The translations under genes were made by a program, and so were the position numbers. Of a stretch of DNA of 64,000 bases, positions 26,111 through 35,708 are shown piece by piece. Below the pieces are notes generated by a model that had not been told where the DNA came from, searched no databases, and saw only the letters and a list, made by a program, of their open reading frames with translations. Source of the stretch: Azolla caroliniana (lineage: Eukaryota; Plantae; Polypodiophyta); assembly GCA_043228905.1 (NCBI GenBank), contig JBHGNT010000022.1, forward strand, positions 4,402,001 to 4,466,000, given 5' to 3'. Position 1 is the first letter of the stretch, and every line of letters starts with the position of its first letter.

Positions 26111-29100
26111 ATCGGACCGTTATCGGGAGTCCAACAGACGACACGAGCAATACGACAGAGACCATTCCCCTGGTTACCGAAGGCACCAGGAGGACTACGG
26201 CCGATGTTACGATCCACCACGACAGGACTACCGAAATAAAAATAAGAATAATAAGAAACGTAATTTCAAGAAAGGTGGTCACACTAGGGACCCAGAACAT
26301 GGAACCCCAAGGAGCCAACCGGCACAGAACGCACCACTCACTACGGGACCGACTCCGGCTACCAGCAATGCTGAATCCAACAATACCCGTAAAGAGTACT
26401 GCTACTACTGCAGGCAGGAAGGCCACTACAGTAACCAGTGCCCGGCAAAGAGCTACGATAAACGACCAGCAGTTAATATGGTGGTTCCGGAAGTGGCGGA
26501 TGTACAGCAAGTAACCACACGGTCGAAAGGCATGGCCAAAGAGTGGGAAACACAAGAGGCCATACGAAAACAGGCGACGGAATGGGTGAAGGAAGCCAAT
26601 GAAAGGAACGTCGCGGACGCGGAACGGCAAAAAGCGAATACCATAGGGAGTGCCGGCGGTAGCCACGCAGAAAACGAGACATGGCAAGCACTGCAAGAAT
26701 GTCAGATCACGTTGCCATTAGGAAGACTCTTGCAGCTCATGCCGCGATTTACGGAAGGACTAAAAACGGTCATGACAGACGGTGTAGCCCCACCGGCACC
26801 AGTCCTCTTCTCGAATCCGGAGGAGGGACCGACGGTGGTGGACACTAGTAGTCCGGTGATTACAGCTATTGTCAAAGGGCACGAACTTCCCGGCACAGTA
26901 ATCGATGGAGGTTCCGGGGTGAACGTAATAAGCCTCCGCACGTGTGATGCCTTGGGTATACATGAATGGGAGCCATGTCCGTTCTGGCTACGGATGGCGG
27001 ATACGAGCTCTGCACGGCCAACGGGCTTAATACGGAAATTGGAGGTCACCATAGGAGGTCACACATTTCACATCTCGGCTGTAGTGCTGCAGCTACAGGC
27101 GCAAGGCGCGTACCCACTGTTGCTGGGCAGACCATGGTTGAAAACAGCACACATCAAGCAAAATTGGCGGAAAAATATGATTACCTTCCGGCGCGGAAAA
27201 GCCAAGGTTCGGGTACCGACACAACCACGGACGAGCAACGGTAAGGAATGCACACCGCTGTATGCGGAATGCGTGAACATGCTTGAAGGGTTGGCAGACG
27301 ACGAAGAAGCCGAGTACTTGGAGGAACACCCGAAGATCGTACCACTCTTCGAGATTGACGTAGCTGAAGCCGTAGCGCCATACTTGCCGCAGCGGGACGA
27401 AACCGAACCCGAACCAGACAAAGATGCGATTCGGGAATTACGGCAAGCACAGGAAGCGTTGGAACGGGAAATGGCCATTTCCCAACGGGTAAAAACATCC
27501 CAGCTCGATGAAGTGAACCTAGGAAGCAAGGACGAATCAAAGCCGGTACACATCGCCAAAGAAATGAAGCCGGAAGATAAAGCGGCGATGATCACACTTC
27601 TCACGGAGTTTCGCGACGTATTCGCCTGGTCATACGAAGACATGCGAGGGCTGGACCCTCAATTATATCAGCATCAGATCCACTTAGGCAAGGACGCGAA
27701 ACCAGTGGCGCAAAGACGTTACCGAATGAACCCCAACTACGCCGCCAAAGTGAAGGAGGAAATCGACAAACTCCTAAGAGTGGGCTTCATCCGGCCGGTA
27801 AAGAAAGCGACGTGGCTGAGCCCCATCGTCGTCGTCCCAAAGAAGAACGGTAAAATCCGCGTGTGTGTAGATTACAGGAAACTAAATGCAGCCACAATTA
27901 CGGATGCATTCCCTCTTCCGTTCACGGATGGAGTATTGGATGTCGTCGCTGGCCATGAAGTTTATAGCTTTTTAGACGGGTTCAGCGGATACAATCAAAT
28001 CCGGATGCACCCTGACGACCAGGAGAAGACAACGTTCGTCACCGAATGGGGGGTGTTTGTGGCCGTAGTAATGATGTTCGGACTAAAAATGGCACCAGCA
28101 ACTTTCCAGCGAATCATCATGGAGATCTTCGGCGAATACATTCCAGCCTTCATGCAGGTTTTCCTGGATGACTTTGCAGTCTATAGCCGGGAAAAAGACC
28201 ATTTGCAGCACCTACGGTTATGCCTTGAAAAGTGTAGGTTATACCGGCTAAGCTTAAACCCAGCAAAATGCATCTTTGGGGTTTCAAGTGGAATCTTACT
28301 GGGACACATTGTAAGTAAGGAGGGCATTGCGGTCGACCCGGACAAAGTAAACGCGATACTAGGGGCACCGGCGCCGAAAACGGCCAAAGCACTAAGCCCA
28401 TTCTTAGGACAGATCCGGTGGCACAGCCGGATGCTCCGTCACTTGGCTGACTTGGCTACACCATTACACACCGCGGTACATCGGACACCGTTCCAATGGA
28501 CGGATACGGAGGATAAGGCATACAATGCCCTGAAGGTACTTTTGTCACAAGCACCCGTCGTGCAGCCTCCGGATTGGAGCAAGGAATTTCATGTGTTCGT
28601 TGACGCTTCCGACATCGCTATCGGCAGCGCCTTAATGCAACATACGGAGCCTAAATGGTACCGGCCGGTATATTACGCCAGCCGGAAGCTGTCCCAAGCG
28701 GAGAAGAACTATTCGACGACGGAACGGGAGGCCCTGGGCATGATCTACAGTGTAACAAAGTTTCGTCATTACCTATTGGGAAGGAAGTTCTCCTTTCATG
28801 TAGATCACTCGGCGCTCCTGTACTTAGTGTCCAAGGCGTCCCTGACCGGTAAGTTGGCCCGTTGGACCTTGCTGTTGCAGGAGTTCGAATTCGAGATTTT
28901 CCACCGGCCCGGTATCCAGCATGTCGTAGCAGACTACCTGAGCCGGTTAGAGTCCGGAGAATCAGGCGACGGAGTATCGGATGAATTCCCGGACGCAGAG
29001 TTATTCCGTATCACCCCGGAAACGGCAGCGGACGACACGGTGGCATCAGAAGATAGGTGGCTGACAAACATGCACCAGTTCCTAAGCACGGGCCTGCCAC

Positions 29101-30380
29101 CGGAGGAAATGTACCGGGACGAGAGGAAACGACTGGCGGTGCAGAGCCGCAATTTCTATCTGTTACGGGACACTCTCTACCACAAGGGAGCAGATGGAAT
29201 ATGGAGACGGGCAGTCCGTAGTGACGAGAAACAAGTAATCTTACGGGAAGCACACTGTGGGGTTGCCGGAGGACACTATGCCGGGGAAGCGACGGCAAGG
29301 AAAGTATGGCAGAGCGGCTTATGGTGGCCCACGACGTTAAAAGACGCCGTCAAGTATGCTAAGGAATGTGACCTATGCCAACGAATGGGCCAGCCTACAG
29401 AGCAAGCACGGATGCCACACCAACCGGTACTTCCACTAGAGCCATTCCAGAAGTGGGGGTTGGATTTTGTCGGACCGTTCAAGCCACCGGCAATGAGAAC
29501 GGGTAATCGTTATGTCATCGTGGCAACAGATTATTGCACTAAATGGGTGGAGGCTAAGGCCTTGAGAGACAACACCGCGTCATCCACAGCAAAATTCCTG
29601 TACGAAAACATTTGGTGCCGATATGGATGTCCGATTGAGTTAATCAGCGACCAAGGAGGGCACTTCCTCGGCCAGGTAGTTGAAAGCTTAACAACGTTCT
29701 ATGCCGTGGTCCATAAACGGAGCACACCGTACTACCCACAAGCAAACGGGTTAGCAGAGTCAACCAACAAAACGCTCCAGAACATTCTCCGCAAAATCGT
29801 CAATGAAAACCGGACGGACTGGGATACAAAGCTCCATAGCGCGCTATGGGCGTACCGAACGGCATACAAAACAAGTATCCGGACAACGCCGTTCCGGTTA
29901 GCGTTCGGCTTAGAGGCGGTCATGCTGGTGGAATTTCAGGTACCAAGCTTACGGATCCAACTACGGGAACGGCTGAATGAAAAGGAATCGGAGGAAATGC
30001 GGCTAGCAGCACTATGCGAACTGGAGGAGCAATGGCTTGCCAGCATCCTACACATGGAACTAGAGCAACGACGACGAAAAGCGTTCGTTGACCGTCACCG
30101 GAAAGGTAATGAAAAGATGTTCGAAATCGGAAAGCCGGTGCTAGTATTCCAAACGAGGATGGGCAAGATGCCGGGTAAACTCCGGTTTAGATGGACAAGC
30201 CCGTATTGGCTGACATGGGAATACAACGGGTCCTATCAGTTAGGGACACTTGCCGGTGAAGTGCTAGGCAAGTGGGTCAACGGATTTAGACTAAAGCCCT
30301 ATAAAGGACCGATGCCAAGTGAAGGGACCTACGGATGTGTAAGATCACATACCATCATTAAAAATAAAATAAATAAATAA
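26010..30380 (+). CDS. pol: Pol polyprotein of J (third CCHC knuckle, aspartic protease, RT, RNase H, integrase); open frame
   Basis: Motifs CYYCRQEGHYSNQC, VIDGGSGVN, CVDYRKLN, FLDGFSGYNQI, FLDDF, VDASD..YASRKL..TEREAL, H..GH..C..C, WGLDFVGP and YYPQANGLAESTNK. No chromodomain. The listed start is not a true start, because the frame is normally fused to gag. Confidence 0.95.
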   Translation: MHDLLECRTLGSGVHHANPVCDLSIQESYNGPVRSDRYRESNRRHEQYDRDHSPGYRRHQEDYGRCYDPPRQDYRNKNKNNKKRNFKKGGHTRDPEHGTPRSQPAQNAPLTTGPTPATSNAESNNTRKEYCYYCRQEGHYSNQCPAKSYDKRPAVNMVVPEVADVQQVTTRSKGMAKEWETQEAIRKQATEWVKEANERNVADAERQKANTIGSAGGSHAENETWQALQECQITLPLGRLLQLMPRFTEGLKTVMTDGVAPPAPVLFSNPEEGPTVVDTSSPVITAIVKGHELPGTVIDGGSGVNVISLRTCDALGIHEWEPCPFWLRMADTSSARPTGLIRKLEVTIGGHTFHISAVVLQLQAQGAYPLLLGRPWLKTAHIKQNWRKNMITFRRGKAKVRVPTQPRTSNGKECTPLYAECVNMLEGLADDEEAEYLEEHPKIVPLFEIDVAEAVAPYLPQRDETEPEPDKDAIRELRQAQEALEREMAISQRVKTSQLDEVNLGSKDESKPVHIAKEMKPEDKAAMITLLTEFRDVFAWSYEDMRGLDPQLYQHQIHLGKDAKPVAQRRYRMNPNYAAKVKEEIDKLLRVGFIRPVKKATWLSPIVVVPKKNGKIRVCVDYRKLNAATITDAFPLPFTDGVLDVVAGHEVYSFLDGFSGYNQIRMHPDDQEKTTFVTEWGVFVAVVMMFGLKMAPATFQRIIMEIFGEYIPAFMQVFLDDFAVYSREKDHLQHLRLCLEKCRLYRLSLNPAKCIFGVSSGILLGHIVSKEGIAVDPDKVNAILGAPAPKTAKALSPFLGQIRWHSRMLRHLADLATPLHTAVHRTPFQWTDTEDKAYNALKVLLSQAPVVQPPDWSKEFHVFVDASDIAIGSALMQHTEPKWYRPVYYASRKLSQAEKNYSTTEREALGMIYSVTKFRHYLLGRKFSFHVDHSALLYLVSKASLTGKLARWTLLLQEFEFEIFHRPGIQHVVADYLSRLESGESGDGVSDEFPDAELFRITPETAADDTVASEDRWLTNMHQFLSTGLPPEEMYRDERKRLAVQSRNFYLLRDTLYHKGADGIWRRAVRSDEKQVILREAHCGVAGGHYAGEATARKVWQSGLWWPTTLKDAVKYAKECDLCQRMGQPTEQARMPHQPVLPLEPFQKWGLDFVGPFKPPAMRTGNRYVIVATDYCTKWVEAKALRDNTASSTAKFLYENIWCRYGCPIELISDQGGHFLGQVVESLTTFYAVVHKRSTPYYPQANGLAESTNKTLQNILRKIVNENRTDWDTKLHSALWAYRTAYKTSIRTTPFRLAFGLEAVMLVEFQVPSLRIQLRERLNEKESEEMRLAALCELEEQWLASILHMELEQRRRKAFVDRHRKGNEKMFEIGKPVLVFQTRMGKMPGKLRFRWTSPYWLTWEYNGSYQLGTLAGEVLGKWVNGFRLKPYKGPMPSEGTYGCVRSHTIIKNKINK

Positions 30381-30721
30381 AAAAAAAAAAAAAATCATTA
30401 AAAATCGAGGTATGAACGGACGTGAAAGGAAGGAGCGAAAAGGTACGTAGTGGGCATTTAAGAGCCGCCACATTACTTAATACTAAATTGGTACACGACG
30501 TGCGCATGCTCGAAAAAGGCGCCAAGACGCACAGAGAAAAAGCAGAACGCATGGAGACCTTTTTTTTTCGCGAGCCAAGAAGCACAGAAGCACCAAGGCG
30601 GTGGAAGCTTAGCAAACGCGAACCTGCACTCAGAGAACCCCCACGTTCGGAACTCTCTCTCTCTCACTCTCACTCTCATCACCACTCTACCTCGCCATCT
30701 TTCCTCGACCTCGAAGCAAAC

Positions 30722-33391
30722 ATGGAACCACAAACGCTGTCGAAAGCGGCCAGGAAATGGCTCAGGCAACACGGACTGGAGGGGTTCTTGACCATCATGG
30801 AGGCACCACCGCACAAAGAAGCCGACCGGGTCAACAAGGAGCTCGACACAGAAGTCATCACCGAGGAAGCGATCCATGCGCTAACAGGCCTTCCGGAGGG
30901 AGGTATTTTTCAGATAGATAACCCATCCTCGGAGCAACTCATCCGATATTTCGGTGAGTACTCTCTAGCCGGCAAAGGCTATCGAACGCAGGGCGGCGAA
31001 GATCCGCTATTCAGGGAGATAGCTCGAGTGCTCCATGAGTACGGCCACGTGTACCCCCGACCCCCTGTCATGCCAAAAAATCGGGCAGGGATGATCATAG
31101 CCACCTATGAAGGGATCAAGGTGGATTGGCCGGTGTTGATTGCAGACGGTTTGTGCGCGGCAATCGACACGGTACGAGGAAAGGACGGCAAGGAGGGCCG
31201 GAAGCTGTGGCATGCCGTAGCTCAGTGGATAACATTGCTCGCGCCGCCGGTCAAGACCGTCCAGCCAAAGAAGCGGCCAAGATTATCGGAAGGAAGCACC
31301 TCGAAACCCGCGTCCAAACGACAGCAGCTGCTGGCGTCGAAGGCAACGAAAGGGAAGAAACGGCTCCCAGAACCGGAGGAGGTGTCACCGATCCGACCCG
31401 TTAAGATAACCATACGGCGACCGGGACAGAAGGAACCGGAACCCTTGACGGCACAGATACATGCCGTTACCCAGGAAGAGGAAACGGAGGAGCCTGTAGA
31501 GCACCTCCAACGACGGTCAAGAAGTAGGACCGCCGGGACAGCGGGGGAGCGTTCGGACCTGCAAAAGGAAGAAACGCCCCCAACTCAACCTGAGCAAACC
31601 ACAAGGGAGGAACCGGAACCGGTGCGTATAGAACCGGCCTTGTTGACTTCTATACAAGAAGTCATTCCAACGGCTCCGGAGACGGCGAGAACCGGAACTC
31701 AACAGTCGGCGAGCCCAACCAGCACACCCAGCGGCCAAGGAGTAGAACCAGAACGGCAGATACAAGCACTCAGGCCAGACAATTCCACAGTGAACGAGCC
31801 GACCCGACCAGTACAGCAGCAAGGCACCAGTAGCATGTGGCTACGGTGGGTAGGCGAGCAGATCGCCGGAGCGGTCGAGTACATAGAGGCGGAGGAGAGA
31901 GCGCACCATGAACGGTTGCTCGTCACAACCGTAGATCTAGAGACGGCCCGGTCCAGAATCCGGAGCCTTGAACAAGACTTGGACAGGGTCACAAGGGAAA
32001 TGGCTCAATTGGCTTTGACAACACAAGTCCAAGCACCGGTGACTCCGGGCAATGTACAGAATAAAGCGTCAGATCAACATGTACATAGCAATCAGACCCC
32101 GGCAACGGAAACCGTTCCGGAGAGAAATGCGGCACAAGCCCAAGAGCTTGCGGACTTAAAGGATGAGCTAGCTGCCCAAGAAGCGCTGAGGAGCCGCGAA
32201 AGAGAGTTGAAGACGGCAGCGGAGGCAGAACTCAAAAAGACTGCTGAGAATCTACGCCGGGCCGAGGAGAGCTTACGAAAAGGCCACCAAGTGTACGACC
32301 GGCTCAAGGAGGAAAAGGAGAAAATGCTGCAAGAGAATGACAGGCTCCGGAGAAACGCCGAAACAGAAGTAGAGCGCCTGAAAGAGGAACTCCGGCAGCT
32401 AAAGGACCGGGAGGACCGGAACCATCGCCAGATCAACGGCAAGCTCAAACAAAAAACGGAGGAATTTGAGCACTTGCACCAGGAGTATAAACGGTTGCAA
32501 ACGGAGCACAAGGAACGGACGGATGAGCTTCGGCAAGCAGTTGATCGGACCGCAACGGCATACGCTAATGAACAAGCGGAAACCAGAAGATGGTTGGAAG
32601 AGGCGGAGAAGGTTCAGACAGAGCTCCTCAGGCAACAACAGGCGGAAAGAGAAAGAGCGGCGGAGGTACTACAGAGGCTGCAGACAACATATCAAGGGCA
32701 GCTGACGCGCTACAGAGAGCAGGCGGAGGATACGGCTAATCTCATCAAGCAGTTGAAGGAGGAACGACAAGTTGTGGAAAGTAGAGCGCAAATGGGAGCA
32801 AGTCGCATCCAGGATATCATGCGGGCCTGGTTGAAACAGACTAAGAGCTTGATCGACAACGGTTCCGTCAAATGGTGGACCAAGTGGGCCCCGAACGCGG
32901 CGGAACTCCAATTGCTCCGGGCCGACGTAGAGAACCGGCGGAAGGAGGGAGATGATTGCTATATGCTGACTTCCGAAGACTTCACAGGCATAAGAGATGA
33001 GCTGGCCGAAGACTTTCAAGCCTTGGCAGAGGACCAACTAGGGCAAGTTCGGCAACTTGTAGCTCAGCTGGACGACGACAGGCATGAGGCGCAGATCCAG
33101 TTTGAAAGCTACGAGAGGTCGCGGATCCGGGAAGAGAAAGCACGAGAACCGGTTACGGTCAACCTCAGTGATGAGGAACCGTTACTGGAAGGAGACCGGA
33201 CCGGAAGCAGTCAAACGGGGATGCCAGAGTCAGAGAAACAAACGGAGCAGCCGCCTATAGAGCAACCAGAGCAGTCTCAGTCCCAACCGCAACCACAGCA
33301 GCAGCAGCAAGCACAGCCGCAACAACCACAACCGGAAGAACACTTGGAAACTCTGGAACAAAGTATTTTGGACAATTTGGGTGAACAATGA
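30722..33391 (+). CDS. Extra ORF of J (~889 aa from ATG 30722; frame open from 30422): globular N-domain, basic NLS-like segment, disordered linker, long coiled coil, Q/P tail
   Basis: An uninterrupted frame between pol and the 3' LTR. It contains IHALTGLPEGG and GIKVDWPVLIAD, then PKKRPR..KRQQ..KGKKR, and a long E/R/K/L/Q heptad-like region. Confidence 0.85.
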   Translation: MEPQTLSKAARKWLRQHGLEGFLTIMEAPPHKEADRVNKELDTEVITEEAIHALTGLPEGGIFQIDNPSSEQLIRYFGEYSLAGKGYRTQGGEDPLFREIARVLHEYGHVYPRPPVMPKNRAGMIIATYEGIKVDWPVLIADGLCAAIDTVRGKDGKEGRKLWHAVAQWITLLAPPVKTVQPKKRPRLSEGSTSKPASKRQQLLASKATKGKKRLPEPEEVSPIRPVKITIRRPGQKEPEPLTAQIHAVTQEEETEEPVEHLQRRSRSRTAGTAGERSDLQKEETPPTQPEQTTREEPEPVRIEPALLTSIQEVIPTAPETARTGTQQSASPTSTPSGQGVEPERQIQALRPDNSTVNEPTRPVQQQGTSSMWLRWVGEQIAGAVEYIEAEERAHHERLLVTTVDLETARSRIRSLEQDLDRVTREMAQLALTTQVQAPVTPGNVQNKASDQHVHSNQTPATETVPERNAAQAQELADLKDELAAQEALRSRERELKTAAEAELKKTAENLRRAEESLRKGHQVYDRLKEEKEKMLQENDRLRRNAETEVERLKEELRQLKDREDRNHRQINGKLKQKTEEFEHLHQEYKRLQTEHKERTDELRQAVDRTATAYANEQAETRRWLEEAEKVQTELLRQQQAERERAAEVLQRLQTTYQGQLTRYREQAEDTANLIKQLKEERQVVESRAQMGASRIQDIMRAWLKQTKSLIDNGSVKWWTKWAPNAAELQLLRADVENRRKEGDDCYMLTSEDFTGIRDELAEDFQALAEDQLGQVRQLVAQLDDDRHEAQIQFESYERSRIREEKAREPVTVNLSDEEPLLEGDRTGSSQTGMPESEKQTEQPPIEQPEQSQSQPQPQQQQQAQPQQPQPEEHLETLEQSILDNLGEQ

Positions 33392-35645
33392 AGGGGCCGA
33401 GAAGGGTTCGACGTACAAGGTACTGTCCCACGGGCGTGCCATGTGTTACCGGCCGGCAAGGAGTCCAAAATACGGAGTGAAGGAATTAATTAAGTATGGT
33501 TGTAAATAAGCATAGTATGGACGGACGGACTGGAAACGGTATGCCGTTCCAGATCCGGACGGATCCCGAATAGGTGCGATAGGCACCGTTTTGTACTACG
33601 GACCGGAAACCTATTTAAAGGCCCGGAGCCCATTGTAATCGCAGCGGATAATTAATAGAGCGTATGGTGTTTATACTTCTGTGTTGATTTCCGTTCTGTA
33701 CTTACTGTTATATCTTACGCGTGTAATTAACAAAAGCGCTCTAATCGTGTAACCTACGTAAGTCGGTGTAATCGTTGAGTCATAATCCTATGCCGTAATC
33801 ACCCTTTGGTGAAGTGTCTCCGCGACACCTTGTGTTAGGCCTTGTCCGGTCAGAGAATAACATGGAAGGGCAAGAAAACCCATCAAAAAGACATGAAATA
33901 AGGAGCGCGAAAAAGAAAGAAGATGCAGAAACGAGTCGAGATTTACAAATGGAAGAAGGAGTCTCAAACTGGAAAGGGGAGTCGGGCAAACGAGTCAAAC
34001 AAACGGTTCGGTCCGTGAGGGTTGATGTCGAAAACCCTGCTCGAAAGACGAGAACTATGCCTACCTATAAGCTAAGGTCGGACATAGAGCAGACGACAGA
34101 TCTGAAGAAGATTCTCAAGGAACATGTTCTTGATAGCCATGTGCTCGGCATTACAAAGAAGGAGTAAAAATCCATAACGACGGCAAGGGATGACGTCGAT
34201 GAAGATATGTTGGACAACCACTATACTTGACCTCATTAGGCACGAGCGACAACGGAGACGATGGTGAAGATCGTGGAGAAGAAAGAGACTGTGGTAGCCT
34301 TGATTGACCATGGCTTGGAGATCAACCTCATGTCAACCGAGTTCTACAAAAACAGGAGATGGCCAATTAACACAAACCACGGATGGAATATTTGAGTGGC
34401 AACAAAGGCCACAGAGGACTTGTATGGAGCTTGTGCCAATGTTAAAGTCACAATTGGGGATGTGGAGATGGATCAACACTTCTTCGTGCAAGAATCGGCT
34501 TCGCATCCTGTCATCCTAAAATGAGTTGGAAGAGAGAATCTTAAAATGATCAAGCCAGGTAGGAGCTGGGTTTTGGCCGACGGTCTTCGAGTGCGAGAAA
34601 AAAGGAAAAATTGATTCAGAGGATCTAAAACATGTTGATTGGAACATCGACGAGTTACCGGATGGTCAGATGTAGTCGACGATAACACAAGCTTTGCGGA
34701 GGTTGTGTGTGACAACTATGAAGCTCTTGTCGAAGAGAAGAGGAAAAGAACCAGTGAAGAAGATGGGACATTAAAGCGTCCCAACACGAGGAACGCAAGG
34801 AAAGAAGGGCAAGCCCAAGCTACGCCAAGAAAAGAGGTTGGAGAAACAAGCATGATGCCCAGTGGATCGGGCCAACCTGCTCGGATGGAAGTCGATGAAT
34901 CAAAGAAGAAAGGAAAAGAATGAGCAACACCGACTTACAAGCTAAGGAGGGACATAGAACAAACAATTGACTTACAGAAGGTCCTTGAGGAGAAGGTTTT
35001 AGACAGTCATGTCGACCTTACTTTGAGAGAATTGCTTGGGATCGCGAAGAAGGAGTTCCATGATACTATTGTGGACCTTATTAAGTGGAAGCGGCAACAA
35101 TCTGATGAAGAGGAGGTGAAAACAAGTGCCATAACCATGGCAAGATCGGAAGAGGAGGAGGAAGAAGAAGTGGTGGCAGATAGCTATTACTCTCGACCTC
35201 ATTAAGCAAGAGTGACAATGGAGACATCGGTGAAGGTCGGGGAGAAGAAAGAGACCGTGGTAGCCTTGATTGGCCATGGCTCAGAGATCAACCTCATGTC
35301 GACCGAGTTCTACAAGAAAGGAAGATGGCCAATTAACACAAACCACGGATGGAAGATTCGGGTGGCAAGAAAGGCCACAGAGGACTTGTATGGGGCTTGT
35401 CCTAATGTTAAAGTCACGATTGGGGATGTGGAGATGGATCAAAAATTCTTCGTGCAAGAATCGGCTTCACATCATGTCATCCTAGGACAACTGTATATCA
35501 CATCATCCTGGATGGAGACCAAGGTGTTCGATAATGGAGCAGCCTTCGCATTACTCAAGAGTCTTGACAATCAAAGTTCTGTTCAATTCCTAATGGTGTG
35601 ATCTAATCATGAAAGAAATCAAGATAGTCTTGGGGCCGAATCCTC

Positions 35646-35708
35646 AAATTTTTAGAGCGGACTATTGAAGCATGGGGCACAAATAGTCCGAGCAATCACA
35701 AGTCCCCA
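35646..35708 (+). promoter_or_regulatory. Putative -1 programmed ribosomal frameshift signal (slippery heptamer plus pseudoknot) in element I
   Basis: A_AAT_TTT_TAG ends the protease frame, and the -1 frame runs open into the ORF at 35730. Stem cggactatt/aatagtccg; loop tgggg pairs with downstream cccca. Confidence 0.8.

Larger units (their letters stand above)
24315..33862 (+). mobile_element. Young Ty3/gypsy element J (Athila/Tat-like Pol) with an extra 3' ORF
   Basis: 419-bp LTRs 24315-24733 and 33444-33862 with about 2 mismatches by eye, and a perfect TSD tggaa. Layout is gag, then PR-RT-RH-INT, then a long sense ORF. Confidence 0.97.

Noticed and set aside
30358-30396. A-run as the tail of a LINE/SINE or retrocopy insertion
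   Set aside because: No flanking TSD or recognisable upstream element was seen, so it is treated as intergenic sequence of J.
30722-33391. Extra ORF as a retroviral envelope or a host myosin/SMC gene
   Set aside because: There is no signal peptide or transmembrane helix and no ATPase motifs. It is intronless and lies between the LTRs, and coiled-coil similarity is non-specific.
26091-33468. Numerous antisense and alternative-frame ORFs of 60-250 aa across the window
   Set aside because: They are shadows of GC-rich retroelement coding strands with no recognisable motifs.
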